IMG/VR virus record: IMGVR_UViG_3300037071_002299
Location: 1 to 58,968 of that record
DNA length: 58,968 nt
Reading direction: 5' to 3' (one strand)
Source of the DNA: a virus
Taxonomy: Duplodnaviria; Caudoviricetes
Shown: positions 54,741 through 58,968 of the stretch, one piece after another
Layout of the letters: the number at the start of each line of letters is the position of its first letter
How positions within the stretch are numbered: the stretch's first letter is position 1
Translations under genes and position numbers: made by a program
Notes under the pieces: model-generated
Seen by the model: the letters and a program-made list of their open reading frames with translations, nothing else
The model's database searches: none
Told to the model about the DNA's origin: nothing

Positions 54741-54928
54741 CGCGGCAGGTCGGACGGATACTCAGTCCCGTCGAGCGCGTCCAAGCAGACGGCGCGGTCC
54801 GGTCCCCTGACGGAGAAGATGGTCGCCACACTTTCCGGGTCGCGATGGATGCCTAATGCCTGTTCCGCAGCATCCAGTTCTGACTCGGCCTCGACTTCGA
54901 TGTACCAGACAACCTGATAGGCGGTCAT
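54725..54928 (-). CDS. Hypothetical early protein
   Basis: ATGA overlap; Y.V.W.I.VEA.S...AA. Confidence 0.65.
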   Translation of the reverse strand: MTAYQVVWYIEVEAESELDAAEQALGIHRDPESVATIFSVRGPDRAVCLDALDGTEYPSDLPRWVQP

Positions 54929-55254
54929 GGCTGCACCTTGGCGAGTGCGGCGTGGGCTGCTGTCAGTACGTTGTGTTCTCGCACGCTTTCAAGAATGCCG
55001 CGCGATGTGGTATTGGATCGTGACGCTATTGCGTCACGCGACGCCCACTCTGCGTAAGTCTCGACTCGCTCGATCAGCGACGACAGCGCCGCGTACAGGT
55101 CGGGCGCAGCGGCGATAAGTGATTCGTTGCGCGCCGCGTCGTCGTTATGGTCGCTGAATACAACGCAGACTTCGGCACCGTTTGCGCCGAAAATGCGGCC
55201 ATTGGATCGGTCCACGGTCCACGGTCCCGGTGTGAAATTGGTGTGCTTGGTCAT
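54925..55254 (-). CDS. Hypothetical early protein (TPGPW...LIAAAPDL family)
   Basis: CACGGGAG RBS; widespread phage TPGPW/AAAPDL motifs. Confidence 0.75.
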   Translation of the reverse strand: MTKHTNFTPGPWTVDRSNGRIFGANGAEVCVVFSDHNDDAARNESLIAAAPDLYAALSSLIERVETYAEWASRDAIASRSNTTSRGILESVREHNVLTAAHAALAKVQP

Positions 55255-55306
55255 GTTGTCTCCCGTGTCAGTTGGTGAATCAGCCCGTCGAATTTTCAGT
55301 TCGGCT

Positions 55307-55335
55307 TTTATACTCCGTGACATGTCCACAGTCAA
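55307..55335 (-). promoter_or_regulatory. Early promoter with operator in spacer
   Basis: Minus strand TTGACT-N17-TATAAA; spacer contains GGACATGTCAC. Confidence 0.7.
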
Positions 55336-55706
55336 GGAGTCGTATCAGCCCGGTCAATTTTCAGTCCTATCAGCCCGTCGAATTTTCAGTTGATGGACTC
55401 GACCTGGCGTTCCAGGCGAGCTCTATCAGCCCGCGTAAAATTCAGTCGAGCCGCTATCAGCCCGCCCGATTTTCAGTTCGGCATCAGCCCGACCAAGTTT
55501 CAGTTTCCTGGCCAGGCATCAGCCCAAGCGATTTTCAGTTCGCAGCCGTGACAGGCGCAGCCCGCCAGCAAGGCGCAGCCGCACCGCTCGATAGCACGGC
55601 TTTCGGGCGCGCGGCAGCCGCAACAGTTATGTTGCTTTTTGGGCGCAGCCGCGCAGCCGCAAGGCAGCAACAGTCGCAGTCGCGGTAAGGCAACAGCCAC
55701 CGTCGA

Positions 55707-55848
55707 GGCAGCAGCCGTCAGGGCAGCAGCCGTCAGGCAGCAGCCGTCAGGCAGCAGCCGTCAGGGCAGCAGCCGTCAGGCAGCAGCCGTCAGGCAGCAG
55801 CCGTCAGGCAGCCACCGTCAGGGCAGCAGCCGTCAGGGCAGCAGCAGC
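55707..55848 (+). repeat. Tandem repeat (G)GGCAGCAGCCGTCA, 9 full copies plus partial
   Basis: 14/15-bp units read directly; one variant GGCAGCCACCGTCA. Confidence 0.95.
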
Positions 55849-55910
55849 GATGTAGGAACGCGCAAGGGTGTGCCGGTAGTGTGCCTCCCGTGACGTGACA
55901 AGTAGTCTGG

Positions 55911-55941
55911 AAAGGGCCGCTAGCGCGTGCTAGCGGCCCTT
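55911..55941 (-). terminator. Hairpin terminator after amidotransferase gene
   Basis: 13-bp perfect stem AAGGGCCGCTAGC-GCGT-GCTAGCGGCCCTT. Confidence 0.7.
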
Positions 55942-55948
55942 GTCCACA

Positions 55949-56770
55949 CTACTCGCGACCGCGCGAGAATAGACCGCGACACATTTCGGAAATGTAGTCG
56001 CGCGAGTCGTCGCGCGCGTCTTGCTCTCGCGCCGAGTCGTCGATTGTGTCCACGTCACCGTCAAACTGATTTAGCGGCGCATATGGCGATGATTGGTACT
56101 CGCCCCATGTCTCTGTGTTGTGCCAGTCAAAATCGCTGCTAGGTGCTCTCACGGTCGCAGGAAGCACGCGCGTGGCCTTTGCCGTTGTCTTGCGCGTGTA
56201 CGCGCGCCAATGAATTGCAGCCGTGTCTGGTGCTACCAGCGAATAGGTATTGCTGTACCAGATGCCGCGACACCAGTCGCCCCATGTCTCGTGAACGATT
56301 GAAAAGTCGCGGCCATCGTCGGACATGAAAAGCAAGCGTGAGCCGTAGGTGTCTTGCTCGACTTCGGACAGCCATGCATCGCGGTCTGTACGACGCGACG
56401 AGTAGTACGGCAGATATTCGCGACAGAAAAGTGAAGTGTCCGATTCGCTGTCAGTCGCGAAACGCGCCGTTTGCGATAGCACGCCATTGTGCATCACAAA
56501 ATCGCCAGTTTCGGGAACGCGGAAAGGATGCGTCAGCGCGCGTCCTACGCGACCGTGAGTCGCGTATCGGAAGTGCACTGCATAGGGTATGCCCGCATGC
56601 GACAGGTACTGTGCATACCGCCACGCGCGGCGCGTGCTGCGCTTGCCGTTGAATTTCTCGACACCATCCGCAGACATGATGCCAATACCGTCCGCGTTAT
56701 CGGCCGCAGCAGACTGAAAGTCGAGTCGTGCGGGTAAATCCGCGTGCTTTGCAAACATGATTAGACACAT
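55949..56770 (-). CDS. Class II (Ntn) glutamine amidotransferase
   Basis: N-terminal MC, N.DG.G, HFRYATHG, HPF, MHNG, SDT. Confidence 0.9.
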   Translation of the reverse strand: MCLIMFAKHADLPARLDFQSAAADNADGIGIMSADGVEKFNGKRSTRRAWRYAQYLSHAGIPYAVHFRYATHGRVGRALTHPFRVPETGDFVMHNGVLSQTARFATDSESDTSLFCREYLPYYSSRRTDRDAWLSEVEQDTYGSRLLFMSDDGRDFSIVHETWGDWCRGIWYSNTYSLVAPDTAAIHWRAYTRKTTAKATRVLPATVRAPSSDFDWHNTETWGEYQSSPYAPLNQFDGDVDTIDDSAREQDARDDSRDYISEMCRGLFSRGRE

Positions 56771-56797
56771 AGAAAAGTCTCCCGTGTGAGTGAACGA

Positions 56798-58003
56798 TTA
56801 AAGATCGGAAACGGCCGCAGCCGCCGCGAACTGTGCTGGTGCTGGCGCGCGTGCTGGCATGAAACCGGCAGCGCGCAAAAAGCACGTCAGATGCGCATAC
56901 GTCTTGCTACGTGCGGCGAGCCAATCAAGAAACGGCTGCGGCTGTTCGACATCGCGCATGCTGGCAGTCGCGCAATACGTGAGAATGGCGTGGCAAAATT
57001 CCAGGTTTTTAAGCACGCGCTCCGGTCGCAGATTGCCGCGAAACAATCGAAATTCGATGGTCTGACGGCCGCTGATATTCAGCAGGTCGTAGCGGCTCGC
57101 GCCTAGCATGCCGCCGTCTTTGATGCGCTTGCGAGTGTCGCGGACGCAGTAGTTACTGCCACCGGATTCTCCTTCCGTCAGCAACGGTCGCTGTGCAATG
57201 GCGCGAACCAGCGCGTGGTTACCATTGCAATTCAAAAATACCAGTGTCTTGCCAATCTGTAGCGGCGACAGTGCGCGGCGATTCGCATGGATGTGGATTC
57301 CGCAGCGATTCGTTCCTGCACCGGAACGCGCGCGACGCGCTAACGGCTGGAGCAATGCCGGCCAGTTGAAGGATTGCGCATGCTGATCCAGCGTATACGG
57401 CAGTGTCACTAACTCAATGCCGCTGTCGTAATTCAGCGAGCCGTCAGATTTGAGAATGTACCGGCCATCGCCATGCTTGCCGCCAAGCATGCGCACGACT
57501 GTTTCGCGGTCTGTCGTGGTTTCCATCTCAAGCTCAACACCGAAGCACAGCGCATGCCGCGATGTTTCGCGCGGCCATCCGTGTACTTCCAATACATCCG
57601 TGCTGTAGTCGGCTAGCGTGTCTTGATCATCTTCTTCTGCACTGTCGTGCCACGCGTCGTCGGATTCCCAGTAGTACAAATGGTCGCAAGCGTAGGCATA
57701 GGTCGAGTGTTCGCCAGTGTCTCCGCAATACACGGTTTCGCCATTGTTGAAGCACGGCATACACCACGCTTCGCGCCGACGCAGAGCGGTGCGCAGTTCC
57801 TGCATGCTGTCGCAGTCAGTCAATTCCTCGCATGAGCCGCAAGGCGTCGCATGATCGGCTGCGCATGCATCGCACCATGTTTGCTCGATTCCGCGCCGAC
57901 CGACTTGCACGGTAAGCGCGCTGTCGGTGTCGGTCGCTGCGTCGCAGTGCGCGCAGACTATCGAATCCTCGGCAGCCGTTTCGTTTTGAGTGTCAGTTGT
58001 CAT
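56798..58003 (-). CDS. Putative amidoligase (COOH-NH2 ligase) with N-terminal CxxC repeats
   Basis: FGVELE, KSDGSL, IELVT, CGIHIH, RY..LN, TIEFRLF. Confidence 0.88.
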   Translation of the reverse strand: MTTDTQNETAAEDSIVCAHCDAATDTDSALTVQVGRRGIEQTWCDACAADHATPCGSCEELTDCDSMQELRTALRRREAWCMPCFNNGETVYCGDTGEHSTYAYACDHLYYWESDDAWHDSAEEDDQDTLADYSTDVLEVHGWPRETSRHALCFGVELEMETTTDRETVVRMLGGKHGDGRYILKSDGSLNYDSGIELVTLPYTLDQHAQSFNWPALLQPLARRARSGAGTNRCGIHIHANRRALSPLQIGKTLVFLNCNGNHALVRAIAQRPLLTEGESGGSNYCVRDTRKRIKDGGMLGASRYDLLNISGRQTIEFRLFRGNLRPERVLKNLEFCHAILTYCATASMRDVEQPQPFLDWLAARSKTYAHLTCFLRAAGFMPARAPAPAQFAAAAAVSDL

Positions 58004-58028
58004 AGGGATCTCCCGTGTGAGTGAAAAG

Positions 58029-58232
58029 TTAGTCGTCGGTCGCGAGAATTGCGCGCGCGCGCTCGATTAGCGCATACGCATCGCGCGCCTTGCTGTACCC
58101 GAGAATGGCAACAGCATCGGCAAGCGCACCGTCCAGTGCGATCGGCTCTTGCTCGCGCAGTGCGCGCGCGACATTGACCAGCACAGTTACTGTGTGTAGC
58201 GACTTCGGCAGGGCATGGGGTCGAGTAGGCAT
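58029..58232 (-). CDS. Hypothetical protein, first gene of terminal operon
   Basis: CACGGGAG RBS before MPTRPH. Confidence 0.6.
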   Translation of the reverse strand: MPTRPHALPKSLHTVTVLVNVARALREQEPIALDGALADAVAILGYSKARDAYALIERARAILATDD

Positions 58233-58270
58233 GTCATTCTCCCGTGTGAGATAGAAAGTTAACGCGCGCG

Positions 58271-58414
58271 AGTATACCAGCGGACATGTCACGTCAACGG
58301 GCATCGGTCGCAATTCTTATAGCGCGTGCTTATCACACTGCGCGACCTTATAACCTAATGACATGTCACCGGAACGGGCATCGTCCCGCGTTTCAGGTTA
58401 TTAAGACATGTCAC
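58271..58414 (-). promoter_or_regulatory. Promoter with three GACATGTCAC operators
   Basis: Minus strand TTGACG...TGG-TATACT; operators at 58283, 58360, 58405; first two share flanking AACGGGCATCG. Confidence 0.6.
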
Positions 58415-58968
58415 GTTAGAAGCAAACGGTATGAGCTTGGCAAGGGCGCGCGGATGCCATAGGACAGCATAAGAGCCGCTGAGAGCCGACTTGAGCCGAC
58501 CCGCTACCTAATCCACGGCTGCCAGTTATCAACAGGGTTATGCACAAGATATACAGTCAGGAAAATCCGTGACTTGCAGGCTGTGCATATGTGCATAACT
58601 TTCTAAATCGGTCCGGCACAGGCTAAACAAAGCAAGAGCCGTGCCATGTGACATGTCGAATAGCGGGGCGCGCGACCCTATCAGACTGCACGGCAATGCA
58701 CGCGCAGCGCACAGGGCAGCGCACAGGGCAGCGCCTGCGGCGACACTGTGCATGTCGCGCTCGACGCGCTCGACGCTAGCGGGTATCGACGCGCGGCCAT
58801 GCACGCGAACGCGCCCGACAGGGCAGCACAGGGCAGCGCGTCCGGACCTTGCGGGGTCGTTCCGCGCGGCAAACGAGCAACAACGGCTGCAAGTACCAAA
58901 AACGCGACTGCCGGGCGGGTCCTACGAAATTCTTGGCGCCTCGCCGGGGACCGCGCCCGCGTCTCTTC

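Larger units (their letters stand above)
50208..55539 (+). repeat. Dispersed co-oriented 22-bp motif ATCAGCCC-N6-WTTTCAGT (~18 copies)
   Basis: Copies start at 50208, 50259, 50300, 51100, 51465, 51716, 53148, 53551, 53799, 54154, 54456 (degenerate), 55279, 55344, 55369, 55425, 55456, 55483, 55518. Confidence 0.93.

Noticed and set aside
51070-55300. Integron attC array
   Set aside because: The sites lack the attC inverted-repeat RYYYAAC/GTTRRRY structure and no integron integrase is present.
55279-55539. CRISPR array interpretation of the clustered 22-bp repeats
   Set aside because: Gaps between copies are irregular (3-43 bp), the repeat centre varies, and no cas genes are present.
55272-55893. 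ORFs 55272-55688 and 55639-55893 with ISPxxFQ and QQPS repeats
   Set aside because: They are translations of DNA repeats; the motif appears in different frames and there is no RBS.

Overview
The window looks like an essentially complete, high-GC, ~59 kb siphovirus genome opened at the small terminase. It probably infects a Gram-negative proteobacterium (it encodes an outer-membrane beta-barrel and lipoproteins). Layout: (1) 0.15-28.5 kb, + strand: HK97-type head genes, a five-gene glycosyltransferase/methyltransferase block inserted between head and tail genes, a lambda-like tail with chaperone frameshift and tape measure, a GTA-like tail tip and Gly-rich fibres. (2) 28.5-36.1 kb, - strand: recombination/nuclease genes. 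(3) 36.2-50.3 kb, + strand: cro-like gene, replication initiator, small genes, Q-like gene, a second fibre/decoration block, exported proteins and an HNH-ATPase. (4) 50.3-58.3 kb, - strand: early region (small genes, DUF932-like gene, glutamine amidotransferase, amidoligase). I could not recognise an integrase, CI repressor, endolysin, tRNA or CRISPR array. The most unusual signals are: about 18 co-oriented copies of a 22-bp bipartite motif (ATCAGCCC-N6-WTTTCAGT) at gene junctions and clustered at both ends of a 5.3 kb early segment; a CACGGGAG start-associated sequence on 18 non-structural genes, with its exact complement at the tip of a hairpin behind the capsid gene; a putative virion glycosylation/methylation cluster with D-[TS]-[GST] motifs in structural proteins; and TonB-box-like peptides in the tape measure protein. 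All product calls come from recognising motifs by eye; no searches were run.
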